From Alphaproteobacteria bacterium (GTDB lineage: Bacteria > Pseudomonadota > Alphaproteobacteria > MPNO01 > UBA830), in the NCBI GenBank assembly GCA_965243135.1, contig OZ251539.1, positions 800,001 to 864,000 on the forward strand: a stretch of 64,000 nucleotides of DNA, written 5' to 3'. Below are positions 9,107-19,775 of the stretch, in pieces (within the stretch, counting starts at the first letter, position 1; the number at the start of each line of letters is the position of its first letter). The notes under the pieces are model-generated. The model worked only from the letters and a program-made list of their open reading frames with translations, ran no database searches and was not told where the DNA came from. Both the position numbers and the translations under genes were made by a program.

Positions 9107-11470
9107 ATGGCGTCGCCAATGCCCATCTCTTCAAAGCGGAACGGAACGTCGTTCCTCGATTCGGCCGCCGCGCTGCGGGACGCCGGGCACGGCGATCTGA
9201 TCACCTACAGTCCCAAGGTGTTCGTCCCGCTGACCAGGCTCTGCCGGGACGTCTGCCACTACTGCAGTTTCGCGCGACCGCCCCGTAAGGGGGAGCCGGC
9301 CTATCTCCGCGCGGACGAGGTCCTCGCAATCGCGCGGTCCGGCGAGGCCGCCGGTTGCGCGGAGGCCCTGTTCACGCTCGGCGACAAGCCGGAACTGCGC
9401 TACCGTTCGGCGCGGGACGAACTGGCCGCGCTCGGGCACGCCACGACGATTTCCTATCTCGCGGAGATGGCGGCGCTGGTGCTCGAGGAAACCGGACTTC
9501 TGCCGCACCTCAACCCGGGCGTCATGACGGCCGGGGATCTGGAACTGCTGCGCCCGGTTTCCGCGTCGATGGGCCTCATGCTCGAGGGAATCGCGCCCGC
9601 GCTGCGGCGGCCGGGCGGCGTCCATCACGGGTCTCCGGACAAGGATCCCGAAGCGCGCCTGCGGACGCTTCGCCTCGCCGGCGAGGCGCGGATACCGTTC
9701 ACCACCGGCATCCTGATCGGGATCGGCGAGACGCGCGACGACCGCATCGCCGCTCTCGAGGCGATCCGGGATCTTCATGAACGCTACGGCCACGTCCAGG
9801 AGATCATCGTTCAGAACTTCCGCGCCAAGCCGGATACCCGCATGGCGAATCGGCCCGAACCGGATCTCGGCGAGCTTTGCTGGACGGTCGCCGCGGCGCG
9901 CCGCCTTTTCGGTTCCGAAATGTCCATCCAGGCGCCGCCGAACCTGAGCGGCGGCGACTTTCCGGCGCTGATCGACGCGGGCATCAACGATTGGGGCGGC
10001 GTGTCGCCCGTCACGCCGGACCACGTCAACCCCGAGGCGCCTTGGCCCGAACTGGCGACGCTCGAGCGGGAGACGGCGAAAAAGGGCAAGGCGCTCGCGG
10101 CCCGGCTGCCGGTCTATCCGCGCTACGCGCTCGAGGAGGGCTGGCTTCACCCCCGCCTTCGAACCGCGGTCCTTCGCGCCATGGATGCGGACGGCTTCGC
10201 TCGCGGCGGTCCCTGGGCTCCGGGCGTTGCCGGAACCGCGCCGTCCGCGCCGTCCGCGCCGTCGGTTGCCGGCGGTTCCGCGCGCGCCGTCTTGAATTCC
10301 CTCGACCGCGCGGTCGCGGGCAAGCGCCTCGAAGAAGGAGAGATCGCGGCTCTCCTCGGCGCCAGGGGCGCCGCTTTCAGGGAGGTGACGGCGGCCGCGG
10401 ACGCGCTGCGCCGGGAAGCCGTGGGCGACGAGGTCACCTACGTCGTCAATCGCAACGTCAACTACACCAACGTGTGCGGTTACCGCTGCGGCTTCTGCGC
10501 GTTCTCGAAGGGAAAGCTGAGCGCCGGCCTGCGCGGAACGCCCTACGACCTTGCGCTGGACGAGGTTGAGCGGCGCGCCGCCGAGGCATGGTCGCGCGGG
10601 GCGACGGAAGTGTGCCTGCAGGGCGGGATCCACCCCGACTATACCGGAGCGACCTATCTCGCGATCCTGGACGCGGCGAAAAAGGGCGCGCCGGGAATTC
10701 ACGTGCACGCCTTCTCGCCGCTCGAAGTGACGCAGGGCGCGGCCACGTCGCGGATTCCGGTCGCCGAGTATCTGGGTCGCCTCGAGGCGGCCGGCCTGGG
10801 ATCCCTGCCGGGCACCGCCGCGGAAATCCTCGACGACGAGGTGCGCGCCGATCTGTGTCCCGACAAGCTGTCGACGGACGAATGGCTCGCCGTCGTCGAA
10901 GCCGCGCACCGGGCGGGGCTGCGGACGACCGCGACCATCATGTTCGGGCATATCGAACGCCCGCGCCATCAGGCGCGCCACTTGCTGCGCCTGCGCGACC
11001 TGCAGATGCGAACCGGCGGCTTCACGGAGTTCGTGCCGTTGCCCTTCGTGCACATGGAGGCGCCGATCTATCTCCGGGGACGCGCCCGCAAAGGGCCGAC
11101 CTTCCGCGAGGCGGTGCTGATGCACAGCGTGGCCCGGCTCGCGTTGCACACCGCGATCGCCAACATCCAGACGTCGTGGGTCAAACTCGGCGAGGCGGGC
11201 GCCCGGGCCTGCCTCGAAGCGGGCGCGAACGATCTCGGGGGCACCTTGATGAACGAATCGATTTCGCGGGCCGCGGGCGCGGCGCACGGCCAGGAACTCT
11301 CGCCTTCGGCCATGGAGGACCTTGTTCGCGGCATGGGGCGGGTTCCGCGCCAGCGCTCCACCCTCTACGGGCGCGTTCGCGCCGAGCGCAGGTCGGCCGC
11401 CCGCGACGCGTTGCCGCTGGCTCCGGTCGTGCAGACTCCGGCGCGAAAGTTCGCGCACGGCGAAGCGTGA
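9107..11470 (+). CDS. fbiC: Bifunctional FO synthase (CofG-CofH fusion)
   Basis: Two radical-SAM motifs CRDVCHYC and CGYRCGFC; TYSPKVFVPLT, DWGGVSPVTPDHVNPE, NDLGGTLMNESISRAAG; start approximate. Confidence 0.93.
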   Translation: MASPMPISSKRNGTSFLDSAAALRDAGHGDLITYSPKVFVPLTRLCRDVCHYCSFARPPRKGEPAYLRADEVLAIARSGEAAGCAEALFTLGDKPELRYRSARDELAALGHATTISYLAEMAALVLEETGLLPHLNPGVMTAGDLELLRPVSASMGLMLEGIAPALRRPGGVHHGSPDKDPEARLRTLRLAGEARIPFTTGILIGIGETRDDRIAALEAIRDLHERYGHVQEIIVQNFRAKPDTRMANRPEPDLGELCWTVAAARRLFGSEMSIQAPPNLSGGDFPALIDAGINDWGGVSPVTPDHVNPEAPWPELATLERETAKKGKALAARLPVYPRYALEEGWLHPRLRTAVLRAMDADGFARGGPWAPGVAGTAPSAPSAPSVAGGSARAVLNSLDRAVAGKRLEEGEIAALLGARGAAFREVTAAADALRREAVGDEVTYVVNRNVNYTNVCGYRCGFCAFSKGKLSAGLRGTPYDLALDEVERRAAEAWSRGATEVCLQGGIHPDYTGATYLAILDAAKKGAPGIHVHAFSPLEVTQGAATSRIPVAEYLGRLEAAGLGSLPGTAAEILDDEVRADLCPDKLSTDEWLAVVEAAHRAGLRTTATIMFGHIERPRHQARHLLRLRDLQMRTGGFTEFVPLPFVHMEAPIYLRGRARKGPTFREAVLMHSVARLALHTAIANIQTSWVKLGEAGARACLEAGANDLGGTLMNESISRAAGAAHGQELSPSAMEDLVRGMGRVPRQRSTLYGRVRAERRSAARDALPLAPVVQTPARKFAHGEA
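10238..10263 (+). repeat. 9-bp tandem repeat (gcgccgtcc x~3) encoding APSAPSAPS in the CofG-CofH linker
   Basis: Read directly. Confidence 0.7.
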
Positions 11471-12123
11471 GCGCCGAACTGCCCGTCGTCGCCGTGATCG
11501 GCGGGACCGGGGCCGAAGGTTCGGGGCTCGCGGCGCGTTGGGCGAAGGCTGGCTACCGGGTGATCGTCGGTTCGCGCGACGCGCGCCGGGCGATCGAAAG
11601 CGCCGCCGCCATCGGCGCCGAGGGCATGGACAACCGGTCCGCGGCGGCGGCCTGCGACATTGCGGTTCTGACCGTGCCTTACGCCGCGCAGAGATCGACG
11701 CTCGAGGGCCTGCGCGATCCGCTGCAGGGCAAGATTCTGGTGGACGTCACGGTGCCGCTCGCGCCGCCGCGGGTCATGCGGGTCCAACTCCCGGCCGAAG
11801 GTTCGGCGGCCGCGATCGCTCAAGCGGCGCTGGGCGAGGGAGTTCGCGTGGTTTCGGCGTTCCAGAACGTGTCGGCGCATCATCTCCGGGAACCGGACGG
11901 CGCTGCCGATTGCGACGTGCTGATCGCCGGCGACGCGCCGGCGGCGCGGGCGGAAGTGGCGCGGCTGGCGGAAGCAGCCGGATTGCGCGGCGTCGAGGTC
12001 GGTCCGCTCGCCAACGCGGCGGCGGCCGAAGCCCTGACGTCGCTGCTGCTCTGGATCAATCGCCGCTACGGATCGCGCGGCGCCGGCATTCGCGTCACGG
12101 GCTTGCCCGAGGGGACTCCCTGA
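11467..12123 (+). CDS. npdG: NADPH-dependent F420 reductase
   Basis: IGGTGAEGSGLAARWA, VVSAFQNVSA, GPLANA; GTGA overlap with fbiC. Confidence 0.9.
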   Translation: MSAELPVVAVIGGTGAEGSGLAARWAKAGYRVIVGSRDARRAIESAAAIGAEGMDNRSAAAACDIAVLTVPYAAQRSTLEGLRDPLQGKILVDVTVPLAPPRVMRVQLPAEGSAAAIAQAALGEGVRVVSAFQNVSAHHLREPDGAADCDVLIAGDAPAARAEVARLAEAAGLRGVEVGPLANAAAAEALTSLLLWINRRYGSRGAGIRVTGLPEGTP

Positions 12124-12312
12124 CGCTTTCGCGACCGAGCCTCTTGCGCCGGCGCGCCGACGGCGGCGCGGCCTCCGGCCGGAAATCGCGGCGACGCGAA
12201 CGCTCGCCTCCGTCCTTGTACGGCGGCGCGTCCGTTGATAGCGTATAGGCGCCGGGACTTCCGGCGATCCACTCCGGCGGGAACGCCCGCCTGAATCTAA
12301 GGAGAGCAAGCC

Positions 12313-13551
12313 ATGACAATCAGTCGGCGCGTATTCTCGCGGACCATTGCCGGCGCTGCCGGCGTTGCCTCCATGGGACCTTTCTTCTGGCCTCGGGGGG
12401 CGCGCGCGGCCGATACCGTCAAGGTGGGCGCGATCTACGATCTGTCCGGACCTTTGCAGGTCTTCGGCCAAAACCAGTGGCGCTGCGCCAAGATGGCGAT
12501 CGACCAGATCAACGAGAGCGGCGGCCTTCTCGGCAAGCAGCTCGAGGTCAAGGTCTACGATTCCCAGTCCCAGATGCAGTTCTACAACCAGTTCGCCAAC
12601 CAGCTGGCGCTGCGGGACCGCGTCGCCGTGGTCGTGGGCGGACTGACGAGCTCGTCGCGCGAGGTGATTCGCCCGGTCCTCAACAAGCTCAAGACGCTCT
12701 ACATCTACAACACGAACTACGAGGGCGGAGTCTGCGACCGGAATTTCTACGCGACCGGCTCGACCCCCGCCGGCAACGTCGACATCCTGGTCGGCGAAGC
12801 GTTCAAGCGTTGGGGCAAGAAGGTCTACGTTCTCGCCGCCGACTACAATTACGGCCAGATAACGGCGCAATGGATCGGCAAATCGGCGGGCGACAAGGGA
12901 GGGCAGGTCGTCGGCGAAGAGTTCTTTCCGCTCGACGTCAACCAGTTCGGGCCGACCATCAGCAAGATACAGGCCGCCGCGCCCGACTTTCTGATGAACG
13001 TCTTCGTCGGGCCGGCTCACGGCTCCTTCTACGGGCAGTGGGCCGCCGCAGGCATGAACAAGCGCATCCCGATGGTGTCCACGACCTTCGGCGCCGCCAG
13101 CGAGGTGGTCGCGGTGCCGCCCGAGGTGGCCGACGGCATCATGGTCGCCGGATCCTATTACGAGGATCTCGACATTCCCTTCAACAAGACCTGGCTCGCC
13201 GAATTCCGCAAGCGCAACGGCGCCGATTACGGTTATCTCACCGACGTTCCGGTCAAGGACTGGTACGGCTGGAAGCTGTGGGCCGAAGCGGTGAAGAAGG
13301 CGGGTTCGGTCGACCGCGAAAAGGTGATCGAGGTCATGGACGCGGGGTTCCGGATCGACGGGCCGGGCGGCCCGATCACCGTCGATCCCGTGACCCATCA
13401 CTGCACCATGGACATGCACCTCGCCCAGGCGAAGGCGCGCAGGTTCGAGATCCTGGCCAAGTATCCCGCGGTTCCGCCGACCAACACGGACAATCAGTGC
13501 GATCTGGTGGCGCGGCCCGGCACGAACAAGATGTTCATCCCCAAGATCTGA
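12313..13551 (+). CDS. ABC transporter substrate-binding protein, UrtA/FmdD/AmiC-like (urea/amide), Tat signal
   Basis: SRRVF twin-arginine leader; SSSREVIRP, YNTNYEGGVCD, ADYNYG. Confidence 0.85.
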   Translation: MTISRRVFSRTIAGAAGVASMGPFFWPRGARAADTVKVGAIYDLSGPLQVFGQNQWRCAKMAIDQINESGGLLGKQLEVKVYDSQSQMQFYNQFANQLALRDRVAVVVGGLTSSSREVIRPVLNKLKTLYIYNTNYEGGVCDRNFYATGSTPAGNVDILVGEAFKRWGKKVYVLAADYNYGQITAQWIGKSAGDKGGQVVGEEFFPLDVNQFGPTISKIQAAAPDFLMNVFVGPAHGSFYGQWAAAGMNKRIPMVSTTFGAASEVVAVPPEVADGIMVAGSYYEDLDIPFNKTWLAEFRKRNGADYGYLTDVPVKDWYGWKLWAEAVKKAGSVDREKVIEVMDAGFRIDGPGGPITVDPVTHHCTMDMHLAQAKARRFEILAKYPAVPPTNTDNQCDLVARPGTNKMFIPKI

Positions 13552-13559
13552 ACGGCAAG

Positions 13560-14426
13560 ATGGACATCGCGCTCGTCGTCGCCGTCCAGATCCTTTACGC
13601 GATCGCCAGCCTGGCGCTGATCAGCGTCGGGCTGGCGATCATCTTCGGCATGATGGGCGTGATAAATTTCGCCCATGGCGAATTCCTGATGATGGGCGGC
13701 TACGCCTTCATCCTGTCCGTGGGCGCCGGCGTGAACCTCTGGGTCGCGATGCTCGTCGTCGCGCCGTTGACCGTCGGCGTTCTGGGGATCGTCGTCGAGC
13801 GCCTGATCATCCGCCACCTGTACGGGCGCATCATCGAGACCGTGCTCGCGACCTGGGGCCTCAGCCTCTTTCTCATCGGACTCGCGGCCACCGTGCTCGG
13901 CTACCACCAGGAAGGCGTCCCGCCGCCGCTCGGCAACGTCGAGATCGGCGCGTACGCGGAGGGCGGCTACACGTTCTTCGTCATCGGCGTCGCCGCCGCC
14001 GTTCTCGGACTCGTCTACGCCGGCCTGAAATTCACCCGGTTCGGCCTGATCGCGCGCGGCACGATGCAGAACGCCGGAATGGCGTCGGCCCTGGGCGCGG
14101 ACGTCGACAAGGTCTACGCGGCGACCTTCGGCGTGGGCGCGGCTCTAAGCGGCCTCGCGGGCGCGGTGCTCGCGCCGATCGCCGGCGTGTTGCCCGATAT
14201 CGGCGTCACCTACGTGATCAAGGCGTTCATCACCGTGATCGGCGGCGGCGCCGTGGCTCTTTCCGGAACGGGCGCGGCGTCCGTCCTGTTCGGCGCCGTC
14301 AGCCAGACGGTCACTTTTCTCAGCCGGCCCGTGGTCGGAGAAGTGGCCTTGCTCGTCGTCGCCATCGTTCTGCTGCGTCTGCTGCCCAGCGGGATCACCG
14401 GCCGTTACTTCAGGAAGGGCCTGTGA
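13560..14426 (+). CDS. ABC permease, LivH/UrtB-like
   Basis: GLAIIFGMMGVINFAHGEFLMMG. Confidence 0.9.
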   Translation: MDIALVVAVQILYAIASLALISVGLAIIFGMMGVINFAHGEFLMMGGYAFILSVGAGVNLWVAMLVVAPLTVGVLGIVVERLIIRHLYGRIIETVLATWGLSLFLIGLAATVLGYHQEGVPPPLGNVEIGAYAEGGYTFFVIGVAAAVLGLVYAGLKFTRFGLIARGTMQNAGMASALGADVDKVYAATFGVGAALSGLAGAVLAPIAGVLPDIGVTYVIKAFITVIGGGAVALSGTGAASVLFGAVSQTVTFLSRPVVGEVALLVVAIVLLRLLPSGITGRYFRKGL

Positions 14427-15409
14427 GGATCTCGCTCGACGCCGCCGGACTGATCGCGACGGGCGCGGCGTTCGCGGCGCTCGTCGCCGTCCTGCCGGCC
14501 GTCGCCGAGGTCTTCGTGCTTTTCGAACTGACGATCTTCATCGTGATGTCGATCCTGGCCCTCAGCCTCGCGCTGGTCTGGGGCTTCGGGGGCATCCTGT
14601 GCTTCGGCCAGTCGGTGTTCTTCGGCGTGGGAGCCTACGCCTACGCCGTCGCCGTCATCAACTTCGGGGAAAGCACCGCTCCGATCGCCCTCGGAATCCT
14701 GCTGCCGATGCTGCTGGCCGCCGTGCTCGGCTACTTCATGTTCTGGGGGCGCGTGAGCGACGTGTATCTCGCGGTGATCACCCTCGCGGTGTCGTTGATC
14801 TTCTATTATCTCGTCGGCGCGTCCGCCGGCAGCGAGTACAAGATCGGCGACGCGCTTCTCGGAGGCTACAACGGGATTCCTTCGGTGCCCCCGATCAACG
14901 TGCCCGGCGATCCGAGCCGCCAGATCGTTTACGGCGATCTCTACGTATTGGCGGCGGTCGCGCTGGCGCTGGCTTATTTCGGGTTGCGGTGGCTGCTCGC
15001 CAGCGATTTCGGGCGGGTGGTCGTTTCCATTCGCGAGAACGAGGCGCGGGCCGCGCTGCTCGGCTACGACACGCGCCGATACAAGCTCGCGGTGTTCGCG
15101 ATCGGCGCCGGCATCGCCGGCCTCGCCGGCGTGCTGTTCACCGCCTGGGGCTCCTATGTCAGCCCCACGGTCTTTTCGATGCTGTTCACGGCGCAGATCA
15201 TCATGTGGATTTTGGTCGGCGGCCTCGGCACGCTGACGGGCGCCATCGTCGGATGCGTTCTCATCCAGTCCGGAACGACCTGGCTCGGGGAGACGAAGTT
15301 CGCCGACATCAATCTCGTGCTCGGCGCCGTTCTGGTCGTCCTCGTGCTGTTCGTTCCGAAGGGCCTGGTTCCCATGGCGCGCGACCTGCTGCGCCGCGAC
15401 GGGGCCTGA
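14423..15409 (+). CDS. ABC permease, LivM/UrtC-like
   Basis: WGFGGILCFGQ, IRENE, VGGLGTL; coupled by GTGA. Confidence 0.9.
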   Translation: MRISLDAAGLIATGAAFAALVAVLPAVAEVFVLFELTIFIVMSILALSLALVWGFGGILCFGQSVFFGVGAYAYAVAVINFGESTAPIALGILLPMLLAAVLGYFMFWGRVSDVYLAVITLAVSLIFYYLVGASAGSEYKIGDALLGGYNGIPSVPPINVPGDPSRQIVYGDLYVLAAVALALAYFGLRWLLASDFGRVVVSIRENEARAALLGYDTRRYKLAVFAIGAGIAGLAGVLFTAWGSYVSPTVFSMLFTAQIIMWILVGGLGTLTGAIVGCVLIQSGTTWLGETKFADINLVLGAVLVVLVLFVPKGLVPMARDLLRRDGA

Positions 15410-16134
15410 TGGCGGTTCTGCTCAAGGCCAGCGGCCTCGCCATGCGGTTCGGCGGCGTGGTCGCGGTCGATCGGGTGGACTTCGACGTCGAGGAAGGCGA
15501 ACTGCGCTGCCTGATCGGGCCCAACGGCGCGGGCAAGAGCACGTTCTTCAAGTGCCTGATCGGGCAGCTCAAGCCGACCGGAGGCAGGGTCGAGTTCGCG
15601 GGACGCGACGTTACGGGCGTTCACCCGCACGAGATCGCCCGCATGGGTGTGGCGATCAAGACCCAGGTGCCGAGCCTTTTCGACGGGCTGAGCGCCGCGG
15701 AGCACTTGCGGCTCGCCGCGCGCCGGCGGCACGACCGCAAGGCGGCCGCGAGCAAGGTGGAGGAAATCCTGTCGCTGATCGGACTGGCCGGACAGGCCGA
15801 CCGGATCGCCGGCCAGCTCGCCCACGGGCAGCGGCAGTGGCTCGAACTCGGGGTCGTCATGGCGAGCGACCCGGCCCTGATGCTGCTCGACGAACCGACC
15901 GCCGGCATGACGCATCAGGAAGTCGCGCAAACGGCCGAGCTCGTCCGCAGGATCGGACGCGACCGGGCGGTGATCGTGGTCGAACACGACATGCAGTTCA
16001 TCAGGATGATCGCCCGAAAGGTCACGGTCTTCCATCAGGGACGGATCCTCGTCGAGGGCATGATGGAAGAGATCATGCGCAACCGGCAGGTTCGCGACGT
16101 GTACCTGGGCAAGGAGGGCGCCCGGCCGTGCTGA
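15409..16134 (+). CDS. ABC ATP-binding protein, LivG/UrtD-like
   Basis: GPNGAGKS, LAHGQRQWLE, LLDEP, VEHD. Confidence 0.9.
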   Translation: MAVLLKASGLAMRFGGVVAVDRVDFDVEEGELRCLIGPNGAGKSTFFKCLIGQLKPTGGRVEFAGRDVTGVHPHEIARMGVAIKTQVPSLFDGLSAAEHLRLAARRRHDRKAAASKVEEILSLIGLAGQADRIAGQLAHGQRQWLELGVVMASDPALMLLDEPTAGMTHQEVAQTAELVRRIGRDRAVIVVEHDMQFIRMIARKVTVFHQGRILVEGMMEEIMRNRQVRDVYLGKEGARPC

Positions 16135-16832
16135 AGATTTCGGGCCTTCGCGCGAGCTACGGCCGGATTCCGATCCTCAACGGGATCGATCTCGAAGTCG
16201 AGGAAGGCAGCGTGGCCGGCATCCTCGGGCACAACGGCATGGGAAAGACGACCCTGATGCGAACCGTCATGGGATTCGTCGACGCGGCGGCAGGCCGGAT
16301 CGAAATGGAAGGACGTGACCTCGCCAGGGCGCGGCCCCATCGCCGCGTCGCCGCGGGGTTCGGCTACGTGCCGCAGGGCAGGGACATCTTTCCGAGGATG
16401 ACGGTGAGGGACAATCTCCGTTTCGCGGCCGCCGCTTCCGGGCGGGACGAAGCGGCGGCCATCGACAGGATCCTCGAGGAGTTCCGAAGGCTGGAGCCGT
16501 TGCTCGACCGGGAGGGCGGGGCGCTGAGCGGCGGAGAGCAGCAGATTCTCGCGATCGCGCGCTGTCTGTGCACCGAGCCGAAGCTCATGTTTCTCGACGA
16601 GCCGACGGAAGGCATCCAGCCTTCCATCGTGGAGCAGATCGCGGACCAGCTGCGCGAGCTCAGACGGAGCCGCGGCCTGACCGTCGTTCTCGTCGAACAG
16701 AACCTCGATTTCGTTTCTTCGCTGTCCGATCGCGCCTACATCATCCAGAAAGGCGCGATCGTGAAGGATCTGGACCCGTCGCAGCTCGGAGACGCGAAGA
16801 TGCTGGACGAGTTCATCGGCGTCGCGCAGTAG
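16128..16832 (+). CDS. ABC ATP-binding protein, LivF/UrtE-like
   Basis: GHNGMGKT, LSGGEQQ, LDEPTEGIQP. Confidence 0.9.
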   Translation: MLKISGLRASYGRIPILNGIDLEVEEGSVAGILGHNGMGKTTLMRTVMGFVDAAAGRIEMEGRDLARARPHRRVAAGFGYVPQGRDIFPRMTVRDNLRFAAAASGRDEAAAIDRILEEFRRLEPLLDREGGALSGGEQQILAIARCLCTEPKLMFLDEPTEGIQPSIVEQIADQLRELRRSRGLTVVLVEQNLDFVSSLSDRAYIIQKGAIVKDLDPSQLGDAKMLDEFIGVAQ

Positions 16833-16860
16833 GCGGACGCCCCGCCGGAAGGGAGAGGCC

Positions 16861-18426
16861 ATGTTCAAGCAACCGACAGTCGATCAGCTGAGGGAGTGCG
16901 CGGAAGAGCTCGGCATGTCGCCTTCCGACGACTATCTGGAGGCGGCGCACCGGATCGTAAAGCCGCTCGTCAAGGCCTACCAGGCGCTGGACGCGGTTCC
17001 CGACTTCCTTCCGGAGGTTCGCTACCCCCGCACGCCCGGATACCGGCCCGAAGGCGACGAAAACCCGCACAACGCCTGGTACGTCAAAACCTCGATTAAG
17101 GGCGTGGCGGAAGGAAAGCTGGCCGGCAAGCGGATCGCCGTGAAAGACAACATCTGCGTCGCGGGCGTGCCGATGATGAACGGCGCGTCCGTTCTCGAAG
17201 GATACGTGCCCGAGGTCGACGCGACGGTCGTCACCCGCATCCTCGATGCAGGCGGCGAGGTCGCGGGCAAGGCGGTTTGCGAGTACATGTGCGTTTCGGG
17301 CACCAGCAGCACCAGTTCCACCGGTCCGGTGCACAATCCTCGCCGCCGCGGATATTCGGCGGGCGGTTCGTCGTCGGGCAGCGCAGCGCTGGTGGCGGCC
17401 GGCGAGGTCGATATGGCGCTGGGAGGCGATCAGGCCGGCTCGATCCGGATTCCGTCCAGCTATTGCGGAGTCTACGGCATGAAGGGGACTTTCGGCCTGG
17501 TGCCCTACACCGGCGCGGCGTCCCTGGAGACGACGGTCGACCATTGCGGTCCGATCACGGCGAGCGTCGCCGACAACGCCCTGTTTCTTGAGGTCATCGC
17601 AGGGGAGGACGGCATGGATTCGCGGCAGTCCGGCGTGAAGGTCGAGCCGTACGCCGAGGCGCTCGGCAAGGGCGTTCAGGGGCTGCGCATCGGGGTCGTC
17701 GCGGAAGGATTCGGCCACCACAATTCCGAGACGGATGTCGATTCCCGCGTGCACTGGGCGGCTGAACGCCTGGCGGAACTCGGCGCCGCGGTGTCGTCCG
17801 TCTCCGTTCCCATGCACCGCATGACCCGCGAGATCTGGATTCCCATCGGCCACGACGGCGGCTACCGCACGATGATGGCGACCAACGGCGCGGGCGGAGG
17901 TCACGAGGGCCTTTACGTCACGAGCCTGATCGACGCTTCCGCCGGCTGGCGGGCGCGCGCCGACGAGATGGCCGACACGATCAAGATCATTTCCCTGTTC
18001 GGCCGCTATTCGCTCAAGCGCTATCGGGGGCGTTACTACGCCAAGGCGATGAACCTGCGCCGCAAGCTGCGGGCGGCCTACGACGCGGCGCTCGCCGAAT
18101 TCGACCTTCTTCTGATGCCCACGTTGCCGATGAAGGCGTCGGAACTGCCGCCGGTCGACGCCTCTCCCGAGGAGACCACGACGGTCGCGTGGGAGATGCT
18201 GGCCAATACCTGCGGCGTCAATCTTACCGGCCATCCCGCGATGTCGCTGCCTTGCGGGATCGAAGACGGCAGGCCCATCGGCCTGATGTTGATCGGACGT
18301 CATTGGGAGGAGGCGACGATCTATCGCGCCGCGCACGCGTTCGAGCAGTCCGGCGACTGGCGGGACAACGAGTTCGGAGACGGATTCCGCGCCGCGCTCG
18401 AGCAGGCCCGCAACTGGCGCCGCTGA
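16861..18426 (+). CDS. Amidase (amidase-signature, aliphatic/nitrile-pathway type)
   Basis: AVKDNICVAGVPMMNG, GGSSSGS, GDQAGSIRIP. Confidence 0.92.
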   Translation: MFKQPTVDQLRECAEELGMSPSDDYLEAAHRIVKPLVKAYQALDAVPDFLPEVRYPRTPGYRPEGDENPHNAWYVKTSIKGVAEGKLAGKRIAVKDNICVAGVPMMNGASVLEGYVPEVDATVVTRILDAGGEVAGKAVCEYMCVSGTSSTSSTGPVHNPRRRGYSAGGSSSGSAALVAAGEVDMALGGDQAGSIRIPSSYCGVYGMKGTFGLVPYTGAASLETTVDHCGPITASVADNALFLEVIAGEDGMDSRQSGVKVEPYAEALGKGVQGLRIGVVAEGFGHHNSETDVDSRVHWAAERLAELGAAVSSVSVPMHRMTREIWIPIGHDGGYRTMMATNGAGGGHEGLYVTSLIDASAGWRARADEMADTIKIISLFGRYSLKRYRGRYYAKAMNLRRKLRAAYDAALAEFDLLLMPTLPMKASELPPVDASPEETTTVAWEMLANTCGVNLTGHPAMSLPCGIEDGRPIGLMLIGRHWEEATIYRAAHAFEQSGDWRDNEFGDGFRAALEQARNWRR

Positions 18427-18755
18427 CGGGCGCGCAGGGGGAAGCGCCGGGTGACGGCGGCGGAACCGCGAGGTTCCCGAGGCGGGGGCGAAGCGTTGCC
18501 GGGGTCGCAGCGGAAATCGGCCGCGGAGTCTTTTTTGAGCGCGGCTCGTCCTGCGGCCTTCGTCCGCGAGCCGACCGGCGGGGAGGCGGCGCTGGAAAGC
18601 GGCCGCAGGCGACGCGCAGCGGCCCGCGCCGCGAAGGCGGCGGTAGGGGCATGTTGGAAACAGCGCGGCCCGGAGCCGAACGGGCGCTTGCGGGCGTCCG
18701 TTTACGAAGCTTGCGCGACGGCGTTCCGGCGCGGCAACGGCCGCTGGAAGGCGAG

Positions 18756-19775
18756 ATGACGGGCCGCCGCAATGAGACGGATCGCCGCGAGTGCCTGCGC
18801 ATTCGCGGCCTGTCGGTGGATATCGCGGTGCAGGCCGGCACGCTTCATGCAGTGAGGCAGGTCGATCTGTCCGTCGACCGGGGAGAAACCCTCGCCATCG
18901 TCGGCGAGTCCGGTTGCGGAAAAACCATTACCGCGCTCGCTATCCTGCGCCTTCTGCCGCGCAGCGCGACCCTGCGGGCTGCGGAACTCTCGCTCGAAGG
19001 GCTTGACCTGCGCGGCCTTTCCAACCGCGAATTTTCGAAAGTGCGCGGCAACCGCGCCGGCATGATCTTTCAGGATCCGATGACCTCGCTGAACCCGGTC
19101 TACACGATAGGCAGCCAGCTCGCCGAGAGCTATCTGCGGCATCGCGGCGGAGGAAGAAAGGAAGCGCTGGAACGGGCGGAATATCTTCTGGACCGCGTCG
19201 GAGTCGCCAATGCGGCCGTCCGGCTTTCCCAATATCCTCACCAGCTTTCCGGCGGCCTGCGCCAGCGCATGATGATCGCCATGGCGCTGATGTGCGATCC
19301 GTCCCTCATCGTCGCGGACGAACCGACCACGGCGCTCGACGTCACGGTTCAGGTGCAGATCTTGAGACTGCTGGCCGAGCTGCAGACGGAGTTCGACATG
19401 GCGCTCGTTCTCATCAGCCACGACCTGGGCATCGTGGCGCGGACCGCCGATCGGGTCGCGGTGATGTATGCCGGCCAGGTCGTCGAAACGGGCAGTTCCG
19501 AACAGGTCTTCGCGTCGCCTGTCCATCCCTATACGCAGGGACTGCTCGATTGCATACCTCATCCCGGGCGCCGCCGGGGGGAGCCTCTCGGTTCCATCGC
19601 GGGCGTCGTTCCGACGCTGATCGGTCGGCGCGAGGGCTGCATGTTTCGCAACCGCTGTCCCGTGGCCGAAGACCGGTGTCGCAGGCGAGGCGACGAACTT
19701 CGCGAGGCGGACGCCGGGCACGAGTATCGCTGCGTTCACGACGCCGGCCGCCTCTTGTCGCGGACGGAAGCATGA
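18756..19775 (+). CDS. Oligopeptide/dipeptide ABC ATP-binding subunit (OppD/DppD-like)
   Basis: [31 protein letters not shown]-terminal Cys motif. Confidence 0.9.
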   Translation: MTGRRNETDRRECLRIRGLSVDIAVQAGTLHAVRQVDLSVDRGETLAIVGESGCGKTITALAILRLLPRSATLRAAELSLEGLDLRGLSNREFSKVRGNRAGMIFQDPMTSLNPVYTIGSQLAESYLRHRGGGRKEALERAEYLLDRVGVANAAVRLSQYPHQLSGGLRQRMMIAMALMCDPSLIVADEPTTALDVTVQVQILRLLAELQTEFDMALVLISHDLGIVARTADRVAVMYAGQVVETGSSEQVFASPVHPYTQGLLDCIPHPGRRRGEPLGSIAGVVPTLIGRREGCMFRNRCPVAEDRCRRRGDELREADAGHEYRCVHDAGRLLSRTEA

